DNA of 64,000 bases from an uncultured Trueperaceae bacterium (GTDB lineage: Bacteria > Deinococcota > Deinococci > Deinococcales > Trueperaceae), in assembly GCA_963815215.1 (NCBI GenBank), contig CAWFFU010000003.1, positions 992,001 to 1,056,000 on the forward strand, in the 5' to 3' direction. The position numbers and the translations under genes were made by a program. The notes beneath the pieces are model-generated. The model did no database searches, had not been told where the DNA came from, and worked only from the letters and a program-made list of their open reading frames with translations. Shown here one piece after another: positions 16,301 to 29,648 of the stretch (its first letter is position 1; each line of letters starts with the position of its first letter).

Positions 16301-18840
16301 ACGCTTCGAGGCACGTAGCGATCGAGGGACGCGGCGAGCGAGGCGGCCAGCTCCTGCGGGAGGCCCCTCGCCATCTCCAGGGCAAGACGTTCGGCTTCTC
16401 CCCGAAGGGCATCGGCGTCCAGGTCCGGGCAGCGCGCCAGCGCACCCAGCAGGCACAGCAGAAAGGGCGCCTCTGTCACCCGTGAGCCGCGCACCATCGC
16501 CGCTAGCTCCGCCGCCTCGGCGCAATCACCGTCGCCTGGTGCACCCCATCGCACCCGGAAGCGTCCTGCGCGCATCAACAGGGCACGGTGCGGGTTGATC
16601 GCAGTGGCGGTGACATCCCGCTCGCCATCCGCTGCAGGGGGGCGGTTGCCAACTCCCTCCTTTCCGAGCAGCGCGCTGGCCACTCCGGGTGGCGCAGTCA
16701 TGGCAAGGCCGCACGCGAGCCCTGTGGCCGCGTCGTCGAGGTTGGCACGGCGCAGCGCGTCGAGGAGCAGCATCGCGCGCGCCCAGGCACGGTCGCCAGG
16801 TGGGTGCGATCGCCCCGAGACCTCGAGCAACGTCTCGGCCGCCTGGAGTTGGAGCGAACGGCTTGGGTCGTCGTCCCCGAGTGCCGACCGGGCGCGTGCG
16901 AGGCAGGCGCGGGCCCGCTCGAATGCGCCGCACTGCCGCGCCACGTCGGCTTGCACGTCTGCCGCCTGGACCGCTACATGCCCATCGCATCGCTCGAGGG
17001 CCGATGCTTCGACCTCGGCTGCGGTGTTCCAGGCCGGCCCCAGCTCGCCTATCTTGGCGTTCACCGCAGCGAGGTTCACGAGGACCTGATCCTCATGAAG
17101 GCGGCTCGCGTGCCGGCGGGCGAGCCGGACCGCGTCGGCCAGGTGGTCATGAGCGCGGCCGTAGTCGCCCTGCCGTTCGGCGGTGGCCGCTAGGTTGTTG
17201 ACCGATTCCGCCACATCGTCGTGGCGGCCCGTCGCCCGGGCCAGCGTCAGGGCCCGCTCGAAGTATCGATACGACGTCTCCAGGTCACCTTGGAGTCCGG
17301 TGAGCGCACCGAGGTTGTTGAGCGCCCGGTAGCGCTCGACCGCCTCCTCAGCACCTTCGTTCTCGGCGAAGGCCTCGCGTGCCGCTGCGAGCTGACCGCT
17401 GAAGAAGAGCGCTGCGCCTACGGCGTTCCCGGCCCGCGCAACCAGTGCCGGCTGCGCCAGGCGCTCAGCGGAAGCGGCGGCGCGCCGGGCCAGCTTCAAC
17501 GCCTCCTGCGGGCGCCCACGTCGAAGATGCACCCGCGACCGGCGCAATCGCACCTCGAGCAGGGAGCGGTCGTCCTGCGACGCCCACGCCGACTCCTCAG
17601 CGGCAGCGAGCGCGGCATCCTGGAGGTCCCTATCCCGCCTCACCTCAGCCACGCCCTCGAGCAGCAGGAGCGCATCGAAGCGCACGCCCCGGTCGGTGCT
17701 GGCCCATAGGGCGCGGTATGCCCGGCGTTCGGCGGCTACGTCGGCGCCCTCCTCGGCGGCGGCGCGCGCGGCGCGCAGCAGCAGCGGCGCGGCGCGATCG
17801 GGCTCGTGTGCCCCGAGCCAGTGACGCGCGACGCGCGTCTCGCTGCCGCCGCCCGCCTCGAGGGCGGTGGCGATCCGCTCGTGGAGTACGCGTGCGACCG
17901 CAGGGGGCGCCAGGGTCCGCGCCTCCAGCAGCATCTCGCGCGGCAACTCGTGGTGGGCGTCGAGCACGCCCACCCGCATCAGGCGTTCGAGATCATCTGC
18001 GACGTCCAGCGAGTCACGGCCCACCACGGCCGCCAACACGCGCGGCCGAAGCGCTCCCCTAGCGACCGCGAGCGCCTGGACCACGCGCCGAAGGCGATCG
18101 TCGAGGCTCCAGAGCGATGCGCTCATCGGCAGCGGGCGACCGCGGTCGATGGCGTCGGCGAGCTCCACGGTAGCCTGCTGCGGCGCCACGTCGAGATCTC
18201 GACGCAGGCGCTCGCGACACCTGGCGAAGAGCGCCTGCGCGTCTCGGCGCCGCCCCAGCCGGTACAGCAGTCGCATGCCGACTCGATACGCGGTCTCGTT
18301 CAGCGAGTCGATCGCGATGAGCTGTTCGACGCGGCCGAGGGCCTCACTCTGGAGGCCCTCGGACTCGAGCTCGAGCGCGCAAGCCAGAAGGGCGTCGATG
18401 CGCATGGTGTCGAGGCGCGCACGTTCGACGTCCAACCATTCCACGAAAGGGGGCGCCGCAACGCTATCGAGCACCTGCGCCAGCGCCCCCCGCCAGAGCT
18501 CCAGCGCCGCGACATGCTCGCCATCGGCACAGAGGCGCTCGAACTCGGCGACGTCGGTGCGGGCGAGCACCCGCACACGGGAACCGTCGAGCTGCAACCA
18601 CGCCTCGGCTCCTCGCAGCTTGCGGAGCTCGTACAGGGCCTGGCGGACGCTTCCCAACCTGCCCGGACTCCACAGCAGCTCGGCGAGCTCGCCCCGGTCC
18701 GCACCGTTCGGCCGCAGCGCCAGAAACACGAGCAGCGCCAACGCCTTGCGGGCCGCGGGCCGAACCTCGGCGTCGCCCCAGCGGAACGCCGTTCCCCCGA
18801 ACAATGTGACGGAGAGCGCGGCGCGCATGGAGCGTGGCAC
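16297..18840 (-). CDS. SARP/AfsR-like transcriptional regulator (wHTH-BTAD plus TPR repeats)
   Basis: RKALALLVFLAL...RGELAELLW, TDVAEF, ALELWRG, EWLDVERARL, DSLNETAYR..MR and TPR motifs (ALNNLG, SVNNLA). No P-loop. Start may be 18828. Confidence 0.85.
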   Translation of the reverse strand: MPRSMRAALSVTLFGGTAFRWGDAEVRPAARKALALLVFLALRPNGADRGELAELLWSPGRLGSVRQALYELRKLRGAEAWLQLDGSRVRVLARTDVAEFERLCADGEHVAALELWRGALAQVLDSVAAPPFVEWLDVERARLDTMRIDALLACALELESEGLQSEALGRVEQLIAIDSLNETAYRVGMRLLYRLGRRRDAQALFARCRERLRRDLDVAPQQATVELADAIDRGRPLPMSASLWSLDDRLRRVVQALAVARGALRPRVLAAVVGRDSLDVADDLERLMRVGVLDAHHELPREMLLEARTLAPPAVARVLHERIATALEAGGGSETRVARHWLGAHEPDRAAPLLLRAARAAAEEGADVAAERRAYRALWASTDRGVRFDALLLLEGVAEVRRDRDLQDAALAAAEESAWASQDDRSLLEVRLRRSRVHLRRGRPQEALKLARRAAASAERLAQPALVARAGNAVGAALFFSGQLAAAREAFAENEGAEEAVERYRALNNLGALTGLQGDLETSYRYFERALTLARATGRHDDVAESVNNLAATAERQGDYGRAHDHLADAVRLARRHASRLHEDQVLVNLAAVNAKIGELGPAWNTAAEVEASALERCDGHVAVQAADVQADVARQCGAFERARACLARARSALGDDDPSRSLQLQAAETLLEVSGRSHPPGDRAWARAMLLLDALRRANLDDAATGLACGLAMTAPPGVASALLGKEGVGNRPPAADGERDVTATAINPHRALLMRAGRFRVRWGAPGDGDCAEAAELAAMVRGSRVTEAPFLLCLLGALARCPDLDADALRGEAERLALEMARGLPQELAASLAASLDRYVPRSV

Positions 18841-19080
18841 CCCTCAAGCGCGAGCTGGAACGACGGCATGACCCTTGGAGGGCACGCCATCACGCGACTC
18901 GAGCGGCGGCGCGGCTCGCAACGCCCCGCAGCTCCTACCGGAATGATGCGGCCATCATAGCCGGAAGGTCGCGCGACGGATAGCTGTGATGTGCCCGCAG
19001 GTAGATTCGTCGCAGTGGCGGCACGGGATCTCATGCCGGGAGGTGTCATCCCGGACCTCGGCCATGCGCCGCTGGCGTGG

Positions 19081-19692
19081 CTAGGACGCCAGGTCGAACA
19101 GCGGAGTGTCGCGCGCTTCCTTGAGCACCACGTGGCAGCTGCGGCAGCGCGGCTCGTAGCGCTCCGAGGCCCCCACCAGGATCACCGGATCGTCGTAGTG
19201 AGCGGGCCGCCCGCCGATCAGCCGCTGCGTGCGCGTCGCAGCGCGCCCGCACGAGCAGATCGCGGTCAACTTCTCCACCACCTCGGCCTGCGCCAACAGC
19301 GTAGGCATGGGGCCGAAGGGCTCGGCCCGGAAGTCGAGGTCGAGCCCGGCCACGATGACGCGCTTGCCGGCATCGGCGAGGTCCAGCGCCAGCCCCACCA
19401 GCGCGTCGTCGAAGAACTGGGCCTCGTCCACCGCCACGACCTGGGTGTCGTCGGCGAGGAGCCGCCGAATTCCGGCGGTGTCGTCGACGGGGATGGCCTT
19501 CAGAGAGCGACCGTCGTGCGAGGCCACCGCCTCCGGCACGTAGCGGTCGTCGATGGCAGGCTTGAACACCTGCACCTGCTGCCGGGCGATGAGGGCGCGG
19601 TTCACGCGCCGGATGAGCTCCTCGGACTTGCCGCTGAACATGGGGCCGACGATCAGCTCGATCCAGCCTCCACCGAAGGCGTGCGCTAGCAT
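19081..19692 (-). CDS. tdk: Thymidine kinase
   Basis: [28 protein letters not shown], and Zn motifs CSCG and CRSCH. Confidence 0.95.
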   Translation of the reverse strand: MLAHAFGGGWIELIVGPMFSGKSEELIRRVNRALIARQQVQVFKPAIDDRYVPEAVASHDGRSLKAIPVDDTAGIRRLLADDTQVVAVDEAQFFDDALVGLALDLADAGKRVIVAGLDLDFRAEPFGPMPTLLAQAEVVEKLTAICSCGRAATRTQRLIGGRPAHYDDPVILVGASERYEPRCRSCHVVLKEARDTPLFDLAS

Positions 19693-19804
19693 GCCGCCAT
19701 GCTACCGCAGCACCCTGCCGGCACCCGGAGGACCACGCCGGCGGTAGCGGACCCCGCTCCACGCGAGTAGACTCCAGGGGAATCGTTCCGCCCGGGAGGC
19801 ACAT

Positions 19805-21805
19805 ATGCGTCGCGCTATCGGCATCGTTGCGGTGGTTCTCGTCATCGCCCTGGCTTCGGCCCGGGCGCAGACCCAGGTCGAGCTCATCCTTGACGCCTCG
19901 GGTTCCATGTGGAACCGGGTCGCCGACGGCCGCTATCGGATCGATGCGGCCAAGGATGCTCTCACCACGTTCGTCCGCGGCCTTCCCGACGGCGGTCTGG
20001 ATGTGGGGCTGAGGATCTACGGTTCCACCGTGGACGCGCTGGCGCCGGGCGCCTGCGACGACACCCGGCTGTTCGTGCCGCTCTCGGGCGTGGACAAGGC
20101 GGGCCTGCAGAAGGCGGTCGACGCCGTCAAGGCCCGCGGGGCGACACCGATCGTCGGCTCCCTGCTGGCCGCGGCCGGCGACTTCAGCGGCACCTCGGGC
20201 CAGCGCATGATCGTGCTGGTCACCGACGGGCAGGAGTCGTGCGGCGGTGACCTCGCTGCGGCCGTGGCGCGGCTCAAGGCCATGCAGCCCCCGGTGGCGC
20301 TGCGTGTCATCGGCTTCGATCTCCCGCCCAAGGCGGCCAAGACGTTCTCCGACCTGGCGACCTTCGTCAACGCCGACGACGCCGCCACGCTGGTCAAGGC
20401 CCTCGCCGGCGCAGTCGAAGCCGTAGCGCCTGCCGCACCCGCGGCCAGCACGGCGCCGGCTCAGGTGACGCTCGAGGCTCCCGACGCGGTGCCGGCAGGC
20501 ACCGACTACAGCGTGCGCTGGAAGGGTGCGCCCGTCGCCGGCGACGCCGTCGTCGCCGTACCGCCCGGCGCGCCGGACGACGCCCAGGGACAGCTCCTCG
20601 GCTACGTCGAGGGCGTCGACCATCTCGCTGCGGTGGCTCCCCTGGAGGCCGGCACGCTGGAGCTGCGCTACCTGAGCGTCGGCACCGTCGCGGCGCGCCG
20701 CACGCTGAGCGTCACGCCCAGCCCCGCCACCTTGAAGGTCGTCGACGACGCCGTGTTCGCCGGCAGCACCTTCCACGTCGCGTGGACCGGGCCGAACGGT
20801 CCCAAAGACTACGTCACCCTGGTCAAGCCCGACGCCAAGGCCGGCGACTACGGAGACTACGTCTACACCCGCGACGGTACGACGGTCGCCTTCGTCGCGC
20901 CGTCCGATCCCGGCACCTACGAGCTGCGTTACCAGTCCGACGACGATCCCGGCACGGTGCTGGCGCGCACCCGCTTCGAGGTGCTGCCGCCCAAGCCGAT
21001 CACCCTCGAGGCCCTGGGCGAAGTGATCGCCGGCGCCGACTTCCAGGTGAGCTGGACCGGGCCCGACGCCGTGCAGGACTACATCACCATCGTGCCCAAG
21101 GGCGCGCCCGACGGCGACTACACGTCGTACCAGTACACCCGGGACGGCAGTCCCCTCACGCTCACGGCGCCACTCGCGCCCGGGGCGTACGAGCTGCGCT
21201 ACTCGACCGACCGCGCCGACGCCAAGGGTAGGGTGTACGCCTCCTACCCGATCACGGTGGTGGCGGCCGCCATCACCCTCACGCCCGCTCCCGAGATCCA
21301 TGCCGGATCGCCGTTCGACGTCCAGGTCAGCGGACCCGCCCACAGCCAGGACTACATCACGATCGTTGCCAAGGGCGCGCCCGACGGCGACTACCAGGCC
21401 TACGCCTACGTCGACCAGACGCGCGGGACCTTCTCGCTGCTGGCGCCTTCCCAGCCCGGGGCCTACGAGATCCGCTACCAGAACGACAACGATCCCACGC
21501 GGGTGCTGGCGCGCACGGCGGTCACGGTGGGCCAGGCCATCCCGGTGACGCTTGACGCCCCGGACAGCGCCGATGCCGGGGGCCAGATCGAGGTGCGCTG
21601 GACCGGCCCCGACGGTCCGCAGGACTACCTCACCATCGTGCCCAAGGGCGCGCCCGAGGGCGACTACGGCCCGTATACCTACACCGCGGACGGCTCACCG
21701 CTGACCCTCGACGTGCCCTCCGACCCCGGCGCCTACGAGATCCGCTATCAGAGCGATCGCACCGAGATCGGCGTGCTCGGCAGGCGCCCCCTGACCGTGC
21801 ACTGA
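19805..21805 (+). CDS. Secreted vWA-domain protein with five tandem Ig-like repeats
   Basis: Signal peptide, LDASGSM...TDGQESCGGD, and repeats of W.GP...DY.TIV..GA..GDY..Y.YT..G...L.AP..PG.YE.RY. Confidence 0.85.
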   Translation: MRRAIGIVAVVLVIALASARAQTQVELILDASGSMWNRVADGRYRIDAAKDALTTFVRGLPDGGLDVGLRIYGSTVDALAPGACDDTRLFVPLSGVDKAGLQKAVDAVKARGATPIVGSLLAAAGDFSGTSGQRMIVLVTDGQESCGGDLAAAVARLKAMQPPVALRVIGFDLPPKAAKTFSDLATFVNADDAATLVKALAGAVEAVAPAAPAASTAPAQVTLEAPDAVPAGTDYSVRWKGAPVAGDAVVAVPPGAPDDAQGQLLGYVEGVDHLAAVAPLEAGTLELRYLSVGTVAARRTLSVTPSPATLKVVDDAVFAGSTFHVAWTGPNGPKDYVTLVKPDAKAGDYGDYVYTRDGTTVAFVAPSDPGTYELRYQSDDDPGTVLARTRFEVLPPKPITLEALGEVIAGADFQVSWTGPDAVQDYITIVPKGAPDGDYTSYQYTRDGSPLTLTAPLAPGAYELRYSTDRADAKGRVYASYPITVVAAAITLTPAPEIHAGSPFDVQVSGPAHSQDYITIVAKGAPDGDYQAYAYVDQTRGTFSLLAPSQPGAYEIRYQNDNDPTRVLARTAVTVGQAIPVTLDAPDSADAGGQIEVRWTGPDGPQDYLTIVPKGAPEGDYGPYTYTADGSPLTLDVPSDPGAYEIRYQSDRTEIGVLGRRPLTVH

Positions 21806-21852
21806 CTGACTGTGCACGGACGGACCGTGCACGGACGGACCCGTGCACTGAG
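21793..21852. repeat. Four tandem 15-bp units, each containing GTGCAC
   Basis: gaccgtgcactgact / gactgtgcacggacg / gaccgtgcacggacg / gacccgtgcactgag, spanning the vWA gene stop codon. Confidence 0.85.
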
Positions 21853-21910
21853 CAGCGTCCGCGTGACGGATACCGGGCCACCAGCGGCGCTCTGATACGC
21901 TGCGGAACGT

Positions 21911-22528
21911 ATGAAGCGCATGCACGGCACTACCATCGTGGCCGTCCACCGGGACGGCAAGACCGCCATCGCGGGGGACGGCCAGGTCACGCTCGGCGAC
22001 ACCGTGGTGAAGCGCGGCGCCGTCAAGGTGCGGACCCTGGCGGACGGCCGCGTGCTCACCGGCTTCGCGGGCGCCGTCAGTGACGCCTTCACCCTGCTCG
22101 ACAAGTTCGAGGGCTACCTGAGCTCGGCCCGGGGGAACCTGCTGAAGGCCGCCGTCGACACCGTCAAGGAGTGGCGCACCGACCGCGCCCTGCGCAATCT
22201 GGAGGCGATGTTGATCGTGGCCGACGACGAGCAGATCCTCACCCTCTCCGGCGTCGGTGACGTGATCGCGCCGGACGACCCGGTCGCAGCGGTGGGCTCC
22301 GGCGGCCCCTACGCGCAGGCGGCCGCCACCGCGCTGCTGCGAGAGACCGACCTGAGCGCCGAGCAGATCGCCCGCAAGGCGCTCGCCATCGCCGCGGAGA
22401 TCGACATCTACACCTCGGGCACCGCCACCGTGCTCGTCACCGGCGGGGAAGCGGACGATGGAGCGGGAACCGAGGCGGACGACGACGCGGGCGACGACGA
22501 CCGCTCCGCCGAGGAGGCACGACCGTGA
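21911..22528 (+). CDS. hslV: ATP-dependent protease subunit HslV
   Basis: [30 protein letters not shown] and IAAEIDIYT. Acidic C-terminal tail. Confidence 0.95.
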   Translation: MKRMHGTTIVAVHRDGKTAIAGDGQVTLGDTVVKRGAVKVRTLADGRVLTGFAGAVSDAFTLLDKFEGYLSSARGNLLKAAVDTVKEWRTDRALRNLEAMLIVADDEQILTLSGVGDVIAPDDPVAAVGSGGPYAQAAATALLRETDLSAEQIARKALAIAAEIDIYTSGTATVLVTGGEADDGAGTEADDDAGDDDRSAEEARP

Positions 22529-23832
22529 GCGCCGACACGCTGATGACCCGCGCCGCGGAGCTCACGCCCCTGCAGATCGTGGAGGAACTCGACCGCCACA
22601 TCATCGGCCAGAGCAAGGCCAAGCGCTCGGTAGCGGTGGCGTTGCGCAACCACTACCGACGGCGGCGCCTGCCCGAGGAGCTGCAGGCCGAGATCACCCC
22701 CAAGAACATCCTCATGATCGGTCCCACGGGCGTCGGCAAGACCGAGATCGCGCGGCGCCTCGCGCGCCTGGCCAAGGCCCCCTTCCTGAAGGTCGAGGCC
22801 ACCAAGTTCACCGAGGTGGGCTACGTGGGTCGCGACGTCGAAGGCATCGTGCGCGACCTGGTGCGCTCGGCCACCGCCATGGTGGAGGCGGAGAAGAAGG
22901 AGGAAGTGCGCGGCAGCGCCCAGGCTGCGGCCAAGGAGCGCCTGCTCGACGCCCTCCTGCCGGGCGGCACCACCGAGGGCCGCGAGCGCATGCGCGTGCT
23001 CCTCGATGCCGGCTCCCTCGACGAGCGCAGCATCGAGATCGAGGTCGCGGACGAGAAGCCCGCCGGGGTGACGATGCCGGGCATGGAGGAGATGGGCCTC
23101 AACCTGCAGGACATGCTCTCGAACCTCATGCCCCAGCGCCGCGTGAAGCGCACCGTTCCGGTGCGCGACGCCCGCCGCATCCTGGAGGACGAGGAGGCCA
23201 ACCGTCTCATCGACCACGACGCCGTCGGACGCGATGCGGTCTACCGCGCCGAGAACATGGGCATCGTCTTCATCGACGAGATCGACAAGATCGCCGGCTC
23301 CGAGGGCAGCAGCGGCGGCGACGTCAGCGGCGAGGGCGTCCAGCGCGACCTGCTGCCGGTGGTCGAGGGCACCCAGGTCAACACCCGGCAGGGACCCGTC
23401 AAGACCGACCACATGCTCTTCATCGCGGCCGGCGCCTTCAACGTCTCCAAGCCCAGCGACCTGATCCCCGAGCTGCAGGGGCGCTTCCCGATCCGCGTGG
23501 AGCTCGAGGACCTCGACGCCGGCGACTTCCAGCGCATCCTCACGCAGCCGCGGCACGCCCTCACCAAGCAGTACACCGAGTTGTTGGCCGTCGACGGCAC
23601 GCACATCCGCTTCGACGAGTCGGGCATCGTCGCCATCGCGGAGTACGCCGAGCGCGTCAACCGCGAGCTCGAGGACATCGGCGCACGCCGCCTGCACACG
23701 ATCCTGGAGACGGTGCTCGAGGACGTCTCCTTCGGGACCGATCTCGGAACCGTCACCATCGACGACGGCTACGTGCGCCGCAAGCTCGACGGCATCGTGG
23801 ACAACGAGGATCTCAGCCGCTACGTGCTGTAG
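22525..23832 (+). CDS. hslU: ATP-dependent protease ATPase HslU
   Basis: [42 protein letters not shown] and C-terminal DLSRYVL. Confidence 0.96.
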   Translation: MSADTLMTRAAELTPLQIVEELDRHIIGQSKAKRSVAVALRNHYRRRRLPEELQAEITPKNILMIGPTGVGKTEIARRLARLAKAPFLKVEATKFTEVGYVGRDVEGIVRDLVRSATAMVEAEKKEEVRGSAQAAAKERLLDALLPGGTTEGRERMRVLLDAGSLDERSIEIEVADEKPAGVTMPGMEEMGLNLQDMLSNLMPQRRVKRTVPVRDARRILEDEEANRLIDHDAVGRDAVYRAENMGIVFIDEIDKIAGSEGSSGGDVSGEGVQRDLLPVVEGTQVNTRQGPVKTDHMLFIAAGAFNVSKPSDLIPELQGRFPIRVELEDLDAGDFQRILTQPRHALTKQYTELLAVDGTHIRFDESGIVAIAEYAERVNRELEDIGARRLHTILETVLEDVSFGTDLGTVTIDDGYVRRKLDGIVDNEDLSRYVL

Positions 23833-23938
23833 AGCGCAGCCGCCGCGCCGCGGCTCAGGCGTACGCGCGAAGCGCCCCCAGCTGCCCTGCTAGCATGTGG
23901 GTGGCGCCAACGGCGCCGCTCCTGGAGGGAAGGGACCC

Positions 23939-25354
23939 GTGAGCGTACGCCTTCTCGGCTGGCTGGAACGACTGCGCTCGGGCTACTGGTTCCTCCCCGC
24001 GCTCATGGCCTTGGGGGCGTTGGCGCTGGCAGCCGCCACCCTCACGGTCGACCACTCGATCACTCTCGCGAGAATGCCCGCCCTGCGGGCGCTCGGTGGC
24101 CTCAACGGGCCCGCCGGAGCGCGCTCCCTGTTGAGTACGGTGGCGGGCTCGCTCATCACGGTGACCGGCGTGGTCTTCTCCATGACGCTGGTGGGGCTGT
24201 CGCTGGCCTCGCAACAGTTCGGCCCCCGGCTGGTGGGCAACTTCATGCGCGACCGTGGCAACCAGCTCGTCCTGGGCTCCTTCATCGGCACCTTCCTGTA
24301 CTGCCTCATGGTGCTCGTCACGGTACGCAGCGCCGACACCCAGCTCGGCATCCAGGCCTTCGTGCCGCATCTCTCCGTAGCCGTGGCGATGGTGCTCACC
24401 CTGCTGAGCCTCGGGGTGCTGATCTACTTCATCCATCACGCGGCCGAGAGCGTCCAGGTGAGCTACGTGCTGGCGCGTGTCGGCCGCGGCCTGACGCAGC
24501 AGATCCTGTCGTTCCCGGAAGCCGAGGAGCAGGAGGGCGAGGAGCCAGAGGACGAGGAGCCTGAGGACGACGAGGACGGCCGGAACGGCACCGGTGGCGA
24601 CGCCGAAACCGCTCGGGAGGGTGGGCCCCCCTCCACCCCGCCCGAGCTGCCGGAGGACTTCGGCCGGGAGGCGATCACCGTTCGGGCCACGCGCGCCGGT
24701 TACGTGCAGGCCATCGACCTCACGGGGCTGGTGAAGCTCGCACGGGAGAACGACGCCGTGCTGCGGCTGCACCACCCGCCGGGCAGCTTCCTCATGCTCG
24801 ACGGCCCCCTCGCCGACATCTACCCTCCCGGCGCCGGCGAAGCGCTCACCGGCCGCATCGAGCCGTACTACGTTCTCGGCGCAGTGCGGACTCCCCAGCA
24901 GGACCCCTACTTCCTGTTCGATCAGCTCCTCGAGGTGGCGCTGCGGGCGCTGTCACCCAGCATGAACGACCCCTTCACGGCCGTGACCTGCATCGACCGC
25001 ATGTCCGAAGCCCTCAACCTGTTGGCCCGCCGTCGCCTCCCCGACTCCTACATGACCGATGAGGAGGGCGCCCTGCGACTGGTCGTGCCACGTCCCGAAG
25101 TAGGCGAGCTGCTGGAGCACCTGTTCGGGGAGCTTCGCGCGAACGCCGCCGGCGATCCGATGGTGGCCCGCCACCTGGCACTGAGCCTGCGCCGCATGCA
25201 GGCCAGCTCCTCGCACAAGGAACTGCAACGTGCCGCCGACCGCGAGGTCCGCCGCTTGCTGGAGAGCGCCGTGACCCGGCTCTCCGTGTCGGACTACGAG
25301 GCCCTCAGGCTGGCCTCGCGCAGGGTCACCGCCTGGATCCGGCTGGAGGACTGA
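23939..25354 (+). CDS. DUF2254-family membrane protein
   Basis: YWFLPAL, LASQQFGPRL, GTFLYCL, GYVQAID and RALSPSMNDPFTA..CID. Confidence 0.85.
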   Translation: MSVRLLGWLERLRSGYWFLPALMALGALALAAATLTVDHSITLARMPALRALGGLNGPAGARSLLSTVAGSLITVTGVVFSMTLVGLSLASQQFGPRLVGNFMRDRGNQLVLGSFIGTFLYCLMVLVTVRSADTQLGIQAFVPHLSVAVAMVLTLLSLGVLIYFIHHAAESVQVSYVLARVGRGLTQQILSFPEAEEQEGEEPEDEEPEDDEDGRNGTGGDAETAREGGPPSTPPELPEDFGREAITVRATRAGYVQAIDLTGLVKLARENDAVLRLHHPPGSFLMLDGPLADIYPPGAGEALTGRIEPYYVLGAVRTPQQDPYFLFDQLLEVALRALSPSMNDPFTAVTCIDRMSEALNLLARRRLPDSYMTDEEGALRLVVPRPEVGELLEHLFGELRANAAGDPMVARHLALSLRRMQASSSHKELQRAADREVRRLLESAVTRLSVSDYEALRLASRRVTAWIRLED

Positions 25355-25379
25355 GGCCGCCGTCAGGCGAGAGGGCGCT

Positions 25380-27527
<2,148 letters not shown>

Positions 27528-27540
27528 CCTTGGCTCCGTC

Positions 27541-28407
27541 TCAGAGGTCCCAGAACCGTAGCTGCGCGTCCTCGAAGGTGGGGTCGCTGGCCTTGGCGAA
27601 CGCCAGCAGGCCGTCGCGGTCGGGGAGCTCGAGGTAGTAGCGGAAGTTAGCGAGGTAGCGCTGCACCACCTGAAGCGACAACCCCAGGCGCTCGGCCTCG
27701 ACCTGCGCGACCTCCGCCAGCCGGCCCAGGCCGGCCTCCCGCGCCGCCCGGAAACGGGCGACCAGCATCTCCGACGGCGGCCGGTCGTCGAGCGACGCCC
27801 ACACCGCGAACGTGAACGGCAGGCGCGTGTGCTGGTACCAGGCCTCGCCCAGGTCGGTGACGAGCGGCCGTCGGCCGCCCAGCTCGCGCTGCGCCACCGC
27901 CTCACGCAGGGCGGCGTCGCCGATCAGCAGCGCCGCGTCGCAACGCGAGAGCATAGCGTCCAGATCGGGCTCGACGGGCACCAGCTCGGCCCGAAGGCCA
28001 TCGGCTTCGAGCAGCACCTGCAGCAGCTGCACGCTGGTTGCCGAGTGGGTGGTGACGGCGATGCGCGCACCCTGCAGCTCCCGCCAGGGGCGCCAGTGGA
28101 ACAGCATCACGCTGTACACCGGCCCCAGCGTGGCGATGGAGAAGTCGGGCAGGGCGCGCAACCGCTCGCGGTTGCGCACGAACTCCACCGAGGAGATCAG
28201 GGTGAGGTCGATGGCGCCGTCCATCAGTGCGGCATTGAGCTCGGTGGGCACGCCACGCACGAACTCGGCGCTCCCCTGGCGCGTGGTCCAGGGGGTGAGG
28301 CCCCAGTGCAGCGGCGCCACGTTGGTATAGGAGACGATGCCGAGACGTTCGACGCGCCCGGACGACGCACCCGACGCTTCCGGGGACGGCCGCGCGCACC
28401 CGTTCAC
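27541..28407 (-). CDS. mqnA: Chorismate dehydratase (futalosine pathway)
   Basis: [30 protein letters not shown] and DLGEAW...T.LPFTFAVW. Directly downstream of mqnE. Confidence 0.9.
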   Translation of the reverse strand: MNGCARPSPEASGASSGRVERLGIVSYTNVAPLHWGLTPWTTRQGSAEFVRGVPTELNAALMDGAIDLTLISSVEFVRNRERLRALPDFSIATLGPVYSVMLFHWRPWRELQGARIAVTTHSATSVQLLQVLLEADGLRAELVPVEPDLDAMLSRCDAALLIGDAALREAVAQRELGGRRPLVTDLGEAWYQHTRLPFTFAVWASLDDRPPSEMLVARFRAAREAGLGRLAEVAQVEAERLGLSLQVVQRYLANFRYYLELPDRDGLLAFAKASDPTFEDAQLRFWDL

Positions 28408-28423
28408 GACCGACGCTCCCGCG

Positions 28424-29554
<1,131 letters not shown>

Positions 29555-29648
29555 TGGGCCGAGTATAGCTCCGGTCCGGCGGCGTCCCGGGTCGCCGACG
29601 CGCACGTCGGCGACCCGCGCGAACGCGTCGACCGCCCGGGGACCGCGC

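Noticed and set aside
21793..21852. CRISPR array
   Set aside because: Contiguous 15-bp units with no spacers and no cas genes.
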